Source of the DNA: Octopus bimaculoides
Taxonomy: Eukaryota
Assembly: GCF_001194135.2 (NCBI RefSeq)
Contig: NC_068984.1
Location: forward strand, 57,228,642-57,292,641
Direction: 5' to 3'
DNA: 64,000 nt
Below the pieces are notes generated by a model. It worked only from the letters and a program-made list of their open reading frames with translations. It ran no database searches and was not told where the DNA came from. A program made the position numbers and the translations under genes. Of the stretch, positions 27,596 through 38,515 are shown in pieces (position 1 is the stretch's first letter; every line of letters begins with the position of its first letter).

Positions 27596-28235
27596 ATTAT
27601 TATTATGGCTCTTTACATTCTGAGTTCAAATTTGACTGAGGTTGACTTTGCCTTTTATCCCTTTGGTGTCGATAAAATAAGTACCAGTTTAGTAGTTTAG
27701 TGGGGTTGATGTAATTGACTAGCCCCTTCCACTAAACTTTTATGTTGTGTACTTATAGTAGAAAAGATTATTAATATTATTAAGGCAATGAACTGGCAGA
27801 ATTGTTAGCACATCAGATAAAATAATTAATTGCATTTCTTCTGGCTTCTTACTTGTTGAGTTCAAATTCTACCATGGTAAACTTTGTGTTTCAACCTTTC
27901 GTAGTTGATAAAATAAGTACCAGTTGAACACTAGAGTCAATGTAATCGATTAATCTCCTTCCCTAAACTTCCTGGCCTTGTGTCTAAATCAGAAATCTTT
28001 GTTGTTATAATTTGGCAGATTTGTTAATTTTGGACAAAATATTTTGCAATATTCATTCTGGCTCTTTATATTGTGAGTTCAAATTCCTCCAATGTCAGTT
28101 TTGCTTTTCATCCCTCCTGAGTCAGTGAAATAAAGAACCAGTGAAGTACTGGGGTTGATGGTATCAACTAAACTCCTCCCCTCAAAACTGCTGGCCTTGT
28201 CCCTAAATCAGAAGCCATTATTATTGTTGTTATTG
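27311..28235 (+). mobile_element. Four head-to-tail family-B SINE copies separated by (ATC)n/(ATT)n
   Basis: Units at about 27311-27520, 27607-27780, 27782-28005 and 28010-28235, each with TTCAAATT...TTTGC...CCTT...ATAAAATAAGTACCAG-like text. Confidence 0.8.
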
Positions 28236-28294
28236 TTCTTGGTGTTGTTAATTGTCAAGAAAAAAATTATAATTTTTTGCTATTTATTTTAATG

Positions 28295-28472
28295 AATACT
28301 CTTTTACTTGTTTCAGTCAGTTGACTGTGGCCATGTTGGAGCACCGCCTTTAGTTGAGCAAATCAACTAGTTCTTATTCCATCAGTCACTTTTGCTGAAC
28401 TGCCAAGTTAAAGGGACATAAACACACCAGCATTGGTTGTCAAGCGATGTTGGGGGGACAAACACAGATACA

Positions 28473-28514
<42 letters not shown>

Positions 28515-28687
28515 CATATATATGACGGACTTCTTTCAGTTTCCGTCTTCTAAATCCACTCACAAGGCATTGGTCGACCTGAGGCTATAGTAGCAGACAC
28601 TCGCCCAAGGTACCACGCAGTGGGACTGAACCCAGAACGATGTGGTTCATAAACAAGCTACTTACCACACAGCCACTCCTATGCCTA
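28295..28687 (-). mobile_element. SINE family A
   Basis: Collinear with 702-1108. Confidence 0.85.
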
Positions 28688-30801
28688 GTTGAATAGTTGA
28701 ATAAACATAATTTAATTTTGTGTGATTAGAAATGGGATACATTCTAGTTCGTTAAAAACCTTTTTTTGGTTCTGGCTACTAATTGAAAAACAATTAATGA
28801 AACCAAACTTGAAATTTAATTTCTACTTTTGTAGAAATTGAATTGCTAAAAATTTAATTGGAATTTAGTTTCTTCTTTTGTTGTCTTGGTTTGAATTTAT
28901 AAGAATTGATATTTTTAATTGTAGTCTGTGAATGTGTGAGAGACAGAAAGGGAGGGAGAGAGGAAATATGTGTGTGTGTGTATGCCACATTTGTTTATAC
29001 ATGTGTTTTTATTAAAATGATATAATACAGATTCATTAGAACAGCTTGTGGTGTAGTTTTAAGTGTATATTTAAAGAAATTGTTAATTATAAACAGATGG
29101 TGTAAATGTTTAATTTTCAAACTGATACAGATGTTTGTGTAAGAGGTATTACTGTGAGTGGTAGACTTAAATTGTTGCCCAATTTCACACCACTACCTGG
29201 TCCTTAGGTGTCTTTAGTGGTGTTCACCTTGTAGTAAGCATTCAGGCCAGATCTCTACTTTGAAGATCTTTCCTCTCTCTTGATCCCCCACATTCTTGGA
29301 AGCCCTTAAAAAAAAGAGATGCTTTGACACTTATTTAACAGTCAAAAACAAAAAAACTTATTATTCAAACATTTAGGTAAGAAAATCTCAGATTACTGCT
29401 TGATCATTAGTATTCTGTTATGATAAAATGGCAAAAACTTTGTTTACTTACATCTTATTAATAATATTGATTAACATTTTGACACTAATTTTTCTATTGT
29501 ATCAAATGTACTTGCTATTGCAAGCCAGCAAGGGAGCCTCTACCTAGTTGCCTGAACTATTAGATATAGCAGACAAATTTCTCTCAAATTACATCTTGTC
29601 TTAAAAGCACACTCACATTGTATAATGCAGTTATAGAAGCTTTAAGAGTGTGGGAGGAAAAAGATGTGATGATAACTGTATTCAGAAATCTGCTTGATTT
29701 GGGGCTATCAACAACACTTGTGATTGCTATTTGTTTACAATTTTGCTTCATTAATGAAAGCAAAATGTTACTACAATTATTTTTGTAATATGGACATTCA
29801 TACCTGTATGGCTGATGTCACTTTAAGGAAATGAAACTTGACAGGATTATTGTTGTTATATATAAACTTCATATACCTAAAAAGGCTTTATTTTTCTGTT
29901 GTTGTCAAAATTTAAAAAGGTTATTGAGTTGATGGAAGATCCCTCTGGTCCATCAGTCTCAATATTGAGATAACACATAGAGACTGATTGCAATTATCCT
30001 TCTGATTACAACCAATTTCCTTTCTTTAAAAAAACAATATACATTGTATGTAAATGTAATGCATTTAAGTTATATAAAATCTTTATATTCCACATCTGTT
30101 AGCAGTTTATCTGTTTGCCACTCCTGAAATATTTTCATCTAGCCATCTAACATCACTCAGAATCCTGTATAGTGAGGAAGTACATTCCTGTAAAATGGGA
30201 CTCCCCACTGCAAGCATATCTACATCTATGATATACCAGAATAATTTTAGGATCATAGCATTGAATTGTTTCTTGCATATTTTTGAAAAGAAAAATTAGG
30301 AAGTTTTATTATATTTTTATAAACTGTTTGAGAGATCTATGTATTGATCAATTTAATTCCATTATAGTAATTATTCCCCTCATAATACCACAGTCATTAA
30401 ATCATTCATTAAGTCCTGGTTTTCAGGAACATTTGAAAATTGTTTAATTCAGAAGACTTTACCTAATTCAGAGTAGAAACTCTTGTAAAATGGTTAAATG
30501 ACTGCGATAACTACTCTCATATTAAAACTTTCTTTGTCTATGTTCTGTTAAGCTTTATTTGGAATAAGCTCTGCTTTCAAGTCTTTGAATATGTGCACTC
30601 TTACACATACACGTGAACACAAATAAGAGTTCATGAAGTTTCTGAAATCCATGTGTTTATTGCTTATAAGCAAAGATTTTGCTACAGATATGTAACTCTT
30701 AAGTTACAGAAGAGCAACTTAACTACGGTTACGATACCACAGTTGTGTTTGTGTTTGTATGTATGTGTGTGTGTGTGTGTGTGCATGGTTCATGCATGGG
30801 A

Positions 30802-30903
<102 letters not shown>

Positions 30904-31314
30904 AAAGAAAACTAAGGAGTGGGTGGTTGAGCAAAATCAAGAACAGGGAGGAAGATGGTGGAAAACTTAAAGTTGGCTAAAGACTGATTAAGATAAAGAG
31001 AGAAGGTTGCCTCTCTTGCAGGGTATTTACACCCTCCATGTGGTACAGATTTTGATTAGCTGATTGACTTAAGGATCAACAAGGCATAGTGTTTGCCAAC
31101 ATTTTTTAGGTAATCTTAGGAAGCATGATTAATATCGTAGAATGATCAAACCCTCACCATTCAAGTTAGCAATCAACTTTGTAATCCTAGAATCTATTAT
31201 TTTCCAGTTATGGCCCTTCTCATAGTAACAACATGTACTTGTCTTCATTCATATTCCCTCCCCTTTGGAATCAGTAGGGTTGCTTGTTCATTGTTACATC
31301 TCATCATGCAAATG

Positions 31315-31394
31315 ATTCTATTAGTGGTTAAGAACGCAGGCTACTAACCCCAAGATTCCGAGTTTGATTCCAAGCAGTGACCTGAATAATAATG

Positions 31395-31431
<37 letters not shown>

Positions 31432-31585
31432 TAACATCGAAAAATACCTTAGGAATGAGAACCCAGGTTTGAAATTTCCCCAAGACACCTGATGAAGGCT
31501 GGAGGGTATATCAGCCGAAACGTTGTGTTAACAACAAACAAGATTAGGACAAATATCCATGAAATGTAAATAATGTAAATAATGA
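31315..31585 (+). mobile_element. tRNA-headed SINE with (AAT)n spacer and hammerhead-bearing (Penelope-like) tail
   Basis: Head TAGTGGTTAAGAACGCAGGCTACTAACCCCAAGATTCCGAGTTTGATTCC has A- and B-box-like motifs and resembles tRNA-Thr/Ser. It is followed by (AAT)n, then a tail containing CTGATGA...GAAAC and ending AATGTAAATAATGTAAATAAT. Confidence 0.7.
31484..31529 (+). ncRNA. Minimal type I hammerhead ribozyme motif
   Basis: Stem I GACAC/GTGTT; core CTGATGA (31489-95) plus an extra A; stem II GGCTGG/TCAGCC with an 8-nt loop; GAAA; loopless palindromic stem III ACGT; predicted cleavage after GUU at 31524. Confidence 0.7.
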
Positions 31586-31594
31586 TTATTATTA

Positions 31595-32095
31595 TCATTA
31601 TTGAATGAGAGAGTAGTGCATGCCATCAAAGTGACACTGGAGTACAAATATACAAAACCCAATATACCCATCATGACTACCCATCTGACAAGTGTACATC
31701 AGGCACATGCATCACAACCATATGTGTGCAACATGGTGATTTTCTATCAAGATAAACAGTGCATGACCTTGCAGGTGGGGTCCAGTTAGAATTTTCTTCA
31801 GATCAAGTAGCTCATCTTGCTCAAAAAGGTCCCTCAAAAGGGTTGTTTAAGATGATGAACAAAACACCCATGTTTCCAGAGATGAATTAATCAAACCTGA
31901 AAGAATTCCTCTCAACACATGGCTATGATGCTCCCCAACTAGTTCTGCTCATGATCAGAGATGCACATACAGCCACCAAGGGACATGCTCAACTTAGTTA
32001 AACAACTGTGAAGCAAATCTGTGGTACTGAGCAGAATATTTGTTGTAGCCTATCTTTTATACCAAAACAAAGCATATACATAATAACACTTCCAG
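31595..32095 (-). repeat. Dispersed repeat of about 500 bp (SINE/LINE-related, unclassified)
   Basis: GC-richer block that I recall as a common octopod repeat. No ORF. Confidence 0.45.
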
Positions 32096-32364
32096 ACAGG
32101 ATTTATGTGGGTAGCAGTTTTATTATTATTATGATTATTATTATATAAAGAAAATAGTGTGTTTATGTATATATATGTGTGTGTGTATAATAATAATAAA
32201 TAATTTGGACAAATAAGTGTAAGTCGATTAGTGTGTTAAAATGTTGAGTAGAGCACCAGCACTGTTTAAGCTACCTGTTTTCATCTGCAGTTGTGGTACA
32301 CTTCTGTTAGATCTACATTAGGAACTCTGCAGTGGCAGTTAGGGTAATAATATTAATTAACAGT

Positions 32365-32600
32365 AGGGCGGCAAGCTGGCTGAATCATTAGCACATCAGG
32401 TGAAATGCTTGGTGATATTTCGTCTGCCTTTAGGTTCTGAGTTCAAATTCCGCCGATGTCGACTTTGCCTTTCATCCTTTCAGGGTTAATTAAATAGGTT
32501 CCAGTTTCACACTGGGGTCGATGTAATCGACTTAATCCCTTTGTCTGTCCTTGTTTATCCCCTCTGTATTTAGCCCCCAGTGGGCAATAAAGAAATAAAT
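32365..32600 (+). mobile_element. SINE family B, long-tail variant, relatively young
   Basis: AGGGCGGCAAGCTGGCTGAATCATTAGCAC...GAGTTCAAATTCCGCCGATGTCGACTTTGCCTTTCATCCTTTCAGGG...GGGCAATAAAGAAATAAAT. Near-identical to the inverse copy at 52915-53148. Confidence 0.85.
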
Positions 32601-32638
32601 ATTAACGGGAGATGAATTTGGTATTAAATCTTTATTGG

Positions 32639-32683
32639 GTACAACATATGCTTTGACCCATCAGTCTGGGTCTCATCAGGTAC
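32639..32683 (-). ncRNA. Hammerhead ribozyme motif, left arm (core mutated)
   Basis: Minus strand GTAC CTGATGA GACCCA gactga TGGGTC AAAG CATATG TT GTAC. Stem II is a perfect 6 bp, but GAAA reads AAAG. Confidence 0.5.
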
Positions 32684-32808
32684 ATCAGTAAAGATGTGTC
32701 TCACTACAGTTTTTAATGTTGGCTGACTTGTTACATGTCCATCAAGTTAGGGACATATAACAAGTCAGCCAACATTAAAAATCTGCAGTGAGACACATCT
32801 TTACTGAT

Positions 32809-32851
32809 GTACCTGATGAAGCCCAGATTGATGGGTCGAAACGTGTTGTAC
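32809..32851 (+). ncRNA. Hammerhead ribozyme motif, right arm
   Basis: GTAC CTGATGA AGCCCA gattga TGGGTC GAAA C GT GT T GTAC. Core intact, stem I GTAC/GTAC, minimal stem III, GUU site at 32847. The stem II closing pair is A.C instead of G-C. Confidence 0.6.
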
Positions 32852-32904
32852 CCAATAAAGATTTAATACCAAATCCATCTCCCATTAATCAATTAATTAA
32901 TATA

Positions 32905-32940
32905 TATTTATATATATATATACACACACACGCGCGCGCG

Positions 32941-32993
<53 letters not shown>

Positions 32994-33099
32994 TCACAAA
33001 TACACACTCACTCACAAATACATATGTTGACACACACATATATATGTACATTTCTATATACATTTTATATGTGTATGAATATATATATATATATGTATA

Positions 33100-33155
<56 letters not shown>

Positions 33156-33250
33156 TATACATACACACATGTTTATGTACATATACATTCACATGTCTTC
33201 ATATACACACACACATATATTCTTTCTCATCTCTCTCTCTCTCTCTCTCC
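32905..33250. repeat. Compound (TA)n/(CA)n/(CG)n/(CT)n microsatellite
   Basis: Includes CACACACACGCGCGCGCGCACACACGCGCGCGCACACA at about 32922-32960. Confidence 0.95.
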
Positions 33251-34049
33251 TTACTTCATATCCACTGAAGATTGTTACTATTAAATCAGATACTCAATTG
33301 AAATTATCAAGATTTATTTATATAGTTACACACATGCATGTATGCATTCATGTGTGCGCACGCACGCACACACACACACTCTATTTTACCATACTTCAAT
33401 GAATTTTATAGTACTTTTCTTTTTATTTTACTTCTTTTACTGCAAAAATAAACCAAATTTGCTTTTTGAAAGAAAACCCTTGTTATAAAAACCAGTTTGT
33501 AAAATGATGAGCAGAATTAGATTCATTCACATCTCTAAGATTACATTGTTGCAGTCAAGAAGCTAATAGTAATATAATAATTTTTTACCTTGAATCAGAC
33601 TCTGAATACAATTTATCTTAGTTATCTTTAGAAATAATTGGTACATTTATCATTCAGTTCTATTTGGGATAAGTATTTTTATATCTTGAAAGTCATTCAA
33701 AACATTATCTGGATTTGAGCTTTTTAAATATTAGAATTGTAACAGTTCTTCTACCTTCTGCATCTTATATTCTGTGTGCATTGATGCAGTGTAATGATTC
33801 TGGCTCATGATAGTTTCTGACAGCATTTATATTAAATTGCTACCTTCCAAATTGCTTAAGGTGTCATCATCACTAGGTGTAATTTCAGATGAACTAAAAT
33901 ACTATATAATGTGGTTTGTTATACAAGTCAGTATTTCACTAAATTTCATTGTTTCTATAATACTTCTTCGTTTTTTGAGTTTTTTATTATTATCTCTTGT
34001 CTCAATGAAGAAGACTATTCTTACAATTATAGCATTCATGCAGTAGTAA

Positions 34050-34113
<64 letters not shown>

Positions 34114-34114
<1 letters not shown>

Positions 34115-34340
34115 ATAATAATAGTTTAGAAAATATCATTAGTAAAAGGCAATATCATATAATTAAGGTTATCAATCATTTAAGGTTATTAAGGTTATTA
34201 ATGTCACTACAAATCTGTCTTATGGATACAACTTTGAGAAGGAAGTGATTTGTAAATTCTTTTTCACTATTAATTAAACTTTAGGAAAGGGTAAAAAGGA
34301 GGATAGATAGGTAGATTTTGTTGAGTGTCTAATAAAATGT
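34114..34340 (+). repeat. Direct repeat of about 200-225 bp, left copy
   Basis: TAATAGTTTAGAAAATATCAT...AATGTCACTACAAATCTGTCTTATGGA...ATAAAATGT recurs at 35352-35555. Confidence 0.9.
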
Positions 34341-35351
34341 TTTTCAACCTTTTCTTTTTCAATCTTCAGAGGTTTGGTCATGTATAGTAATTGTCATGTA
34401 TTGGACCAATATAATCAGCTATACCATAGCCTCAAATAGTACATACTAATTTAATTAACAAGGATTTTATCTTGAGGTTTGGTAGCAACAGGTCTTTTCA
34501 AATCTCAAGAATCTTTTTTAGGATTCTTGCAGGCTAACAATACAAGTTTTAGTTTGAATCTCTTTCAGTCTTTTAGGTAACATCGTGGCCGTTGCCAGTA
34601 CCGCCTGACTGGCCTTCGTGCCGGTGGCACATAAAAGCACCCACTACACTCTCGGAGTTGTTGGCGTTAGGAAGGGCATCCAGCTGTAGAAACTCTGCCA
34701 AATCAGATTGGAGCCTGGTGTAGCCATCTGGTTTCACCAGTCCTCAGTCAAATCATCCAACCCATGCTAGCATGGAAAGTGGGCGTTAAACGACGATGAG
34801 GATGATGATGATTTTGGGTGGTGTGCCAAGTGCAACAAATACTACAGGGATAATTGTTGTCTTAGTCATCCACAGTCTGCTCAGCTCTCTGGCAAGATCC
34901 TGAGATTTCTCAATTTTTTTCAATTTCTTTAGTATTAACTCAAGTATGATAGAAAATTGCAAAATCTATGACCTTACACTGTTTATTTTGTCCTTTGTAA
35001 TCCTATCTGGTTTTCTTGCTTCAATAGTACGGTCAGTCTTTATGAGGGATTCCCACAAGATCCTGTAATTCTCATTTTCTATCACAGCCTTTGGTATGTT
35101 TCATACCACTTTTCTATTATTTTGAAGCCACACACTTGGCTAGCACCCTGATGCACTCTTTTGCCCACACAGTCATGCTTGTGCTAGTGTACTGCACTCA
35201 CTCAAAAGATGATTGATACTTTTGTCTCCTTTCCTGTAGATTCTACATTTTCTGTCTGAATTTTGTCAATCTTTGCCTTCATTAGATTTGTTCTAATTAC
35301 TTGTCCCTGAGTGGTGATAATGAACATTTCAGTCTGTCATTTCAAGTTCCC
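34341..35351 (-). mobile_element. 5'-truncated R4/Dong-like LINE with restriction-like endonuclease (REL)
   Basis: Minus frames: GNLK*QTEMFIITTQGQVIRTNLMKAKIDK...SINHLLSECSTLAQ...IPKAVIENENYRILWESLIKTDRTIEARKPD...VIDFAIFYHT*VNTKEIEK...QDLARELSRLW...IIPVVFVALGT-PKRLKEI. This matches the zinc-knuckle plus KPD...D...K REL domain of R4-clade elements. Confidence 0.85.
34578..34811 (+). mobile_element. RTE-type 3' tail nested inside the R4-like LINE
   Basis: ...TTGGCGTTAGGAAGGGCATCCAGCTGTAGAAAC...GTTAAACGACGATGAGGATGATG. Flanked by TTTTAGG/TTTTGGG, which splits the R4 codons GTPPK|PKRLKE. Confidence 0.85.
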
Positions 35352-35555
35352 AATAATAGTAATAGTTTAGAAAATATCATCAGTAAAAAACAATATCATA
35401 TGATTAAGATTATCAATCATTTGTTTAATGTCACTACAAATCTGTCTTATGGACACAGCTTTGAGAAAGAAGTGATTTGTAAATTCTTCTTCATTATTAA
35501 ACTTTAGAAAAGAATAAAAGGATTGATAGATTTTGTAGAGTATTTGATAAAATGT
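35352..35555 (+). repeat. Direct repeat of about 200 bp, right copy
   Basis: Homologous to 34114-34340 and abuts the 5' truncation point of the R4-like element. Confidence 0.9.
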
Positions 35556-37391
35556 CTCTGAGTATTTAGTTACACTACTTTACGCTCCAAGTTCAAATTC
35601 TACCAAGGTTAACTTTGCTTTTTTCCGGGGTTGAAAAAATAAGTATCAGTCATGTGCTGAGTCAATATAGTTAACGATACCATAACCTTAAATGTATGCC
35701 CTTGTTGTGCCTTTGTTGGAAATTAATATTTGATTTTAATCTGGTGTTTCTTTTAATCTGAATGTGGCAACGAACACATTTGTTGATTGTTCTGTTTGCT
35801 TCAGAAAACAATGATATCCATTTAACTTTAGTGTATTGTCAGATGTTTCCTGCATTGTCACCATACTATTCGGGGAATCAATCAGATAATTGAGTTTGTC
35901 TAATCATTTTCTAGTTCTTACAAATATCAATGAATCTTTTTAAATGTTTAGAAATTCTAATTTATATGTAAAGCATTGAACATGATATTTTCCTAACAGT
36001 AGTTTCTTAATAGCCTTTTTTCTAACCAGATAGCAAAAGTAGAAGCAAATGTTTCACTAAAGAACTCTTAATTTTTAAATTAAAATAAAACAAAATGAAA
36101 TATAGTAGTAGAATCTTTTATTTAAAAATAAGATGTGGACATCCATTTTCTTCAGTTTAAAATCTATTTCTTTTTCTTTTAGTCTTTCAAATTTGAATAT
36201 TTTGAGTTTAGCAGAATGGTTGTTTCAAGAGATGATTTTGCTGCATTTAACTGAGGAATAAATCCTGACATTTCCTATGAGTAATCAGAAGTAGAGAGAT
36301 CTGTGCAATGCAACCATTACCTTCTTTAACACAAAGTTTGGTAGAAGGACTACTGTGCATGTACATATGTCAATCTGTTAGACCTCATTACCATAGTATA
36401 GTTTACTCAAGCCCACTTGTTCAGCTGACAATTATTTTTACCTATAAGAAAGGAGTTAGAAATATTTTTTGACCTGTATAATTTTCATAAATAAAAAATA
36501 GAATGAGCTAATGGAAATAATTAAGAATTTCTGTATATACAGTATTCAGTTTATCGTCCTTTTGTTATCCAAATCTCTGCCATTGATCAATATGAATTAT
36601 TTTTCTTGGCTCATTTTATTTTCAAATAAAAGTTACCTGTGATTCCTTTTGAACCTCTTCATAAAGTATTTTGGGATGTAGGATTTATTAATCCAGGAAA
36701 AGTTTATGTTAATATTTCTTATGGTATGAAAGAAATTTTATGAAGATTGATCTTTGTTATGGATGTACTATATAGGAAAAATTTAGGTGGAAAACCTAAT
36801 AATGGCTGAATAGAATATGAAATATAAAATAATATAAAATAAATACATGGAAGTATGCATATAAAAGTACACATGAAAGTGTTAGTTTTAACTAATGGGG
36901 TGGAACAGAATTATCACTGGATTTATCAGAAGCATTTATATTCTAAGTGTTTTACTTTACATTTTCTCTCTTTTCCATACCTTGTATCCTATGGTTTACC
37001 ATAACTATAGTGCTCAATATTCTACTGTACACATGAAGCACTACTGAAAACTTTAGGTTGAGTTGAACATCAAAGGTTTTCAGAATTAGGACAATCAAGT
37101 ATATTTTATTTGTTAAAGAAGTGGATTAGCGTAAATATATTAACTATTTCCTGATTAGAATTGTTAATTTCTTCTTGATTACATTGTGATGCTAGTAAAA
37201 CCAATTTAAGACTTTGATGTATTTATTAACCTTTTAAAACTTTTCTGTGTGGTTATAACAAGAGGCAAATAAATGTAAAATATGTCCCCATCATTTAAAA
37301 ATGCATTGGAACAATAAATGTAAAAAGCTTGAAAGAAACTTTTCAGGTATCACAATTGATCAACTTTGGGTATCACAATTCATCAAATGTA

Positions 37392-37393
<2 letters not shown>

Positions 37394-37430
<37 letters not shown>

Positions 37431-38218
37431 GTTTAACGTCCGCTTTCCATGCTAGCATAGGTTGGACGATTTGACTGAGGACTGGTGAAACCGGATGGCA
37501 ACACCAGGCTCCAATCTAATTTGGCAGCGTTTCTACAGCTGGATGCCCTTCCTAACGCCAACCACTCAGAGAGTGTAGTGGGTGCTTTTACATGTCACCC
37601 GCACNNNNNNNNNNNNNNNNNNNNNNNNNNNNNNNNNNNNNNNNNNNNNNNNNNNNNNNNNNNNNNNNNNNNNNNNNNNNNNNNNNNNNNNNNNNNNNNN
37701 NNNNNNNNNNNNNNNNNNNNNNNNNNNNNNNNNNNNNNNNNNNNNNNNNNNNNNNNNNNNNNNNNNNNNNNNNNNNNNNNNNNNNNNNNNNNNNNNNNNN
37801 NNNNNNNNNNNNNNNNNNNNNNNNNNNNNNNNNNNNNNNNNNNNNNNNNNNNNNNNNNNNNNNNNNNNNNNNNNNNNNNNNNNNNNNNNNNNNCAGTAGT
37901 CATCGCCTCGGTGAGGCCCAATGTTCGAAGGTCTTGCCTCACCACCTCAGCCCAGGTCTTCCTGGGCCTACCTCTTCCATGGGTTCCCTCAACTGTTAGG
38001 GAGTGGCACTTTTTCACGCAGCTATCCTCATTCATTCTCACCACATGTCCAAACCAGCGCAATCATCTCACTTGCACACCACTACTGATGCTTCTTATGT
38101 TCAGCTTTTCTCTCAAGATACTTACACTCTGACAGGTATGCACATTTACATTACACATCCAGCGGAGCATACTGGCTTCATTCCTTGCGAGCTTACACAT
38201 GTCCTCAGCAGTCACATT
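37394..38218 (-). mobile_element. 5'-truncated RTE-clade LINE (ORF C-terminus, 3' UTR, (ATG)n tail)
   Basis: ORF track 38063-38245 and 37595-38062: ARNEASMLRWMCNVNVH...LREKLNIRSI...MRWFGHVVRMNEDSCVKKCHSLTVEGTHGRGRPRKTWAEVVRQDL, a typical RTE C-terminus. Confidence 0.92.
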
Positions 38219-38304
38219 ATAAATATTAATAAAGAAAGAAAACAAAGAGCAGCATTATACATCATTAGATATTCTATAAATACTATTCACTTATAGTTAT
38301 TTAT

Positions 38305-38515
38305 ATTGGTTTCAAATTTTGGCACAAGGCCAGCAATTTCAAGGGAGGGGTAAGTCAATTACATTCATCCCAGTACTCAACTGGTACTTATTTTATTGAC
38401 CCTGAAAGGATGAAAAGCAAAGTAGACCTCGTCAGAATTTGAACTCAGAATGTAAAGACAGATGAAATGCTAAGCATTTCAACTGACATGCTAAGAATTC
38501 TACCAACTTGCTACC
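38305..38515 (-). mobile_element. SINE family B
   Basis: Matches the family-B consensus. Confidence 0.8.

Larger units (their letters stand above)
32601..32889. repeat. Foldback (inverted repeat): 140/139-bp arms, 10-nt loop
   Basis: 32601-32740 is the reverse complement of 32751-32889 with about ten scattered differences. Loop ATCAAGTTAG at 32741-32750. Confidence 0.95.

Noticed and set aside
31321-31380. tRNA gene
   Set aside because: Stems are broken, there is no acceptor stem, and it continues directly into a SINE body. It is a SINE head.
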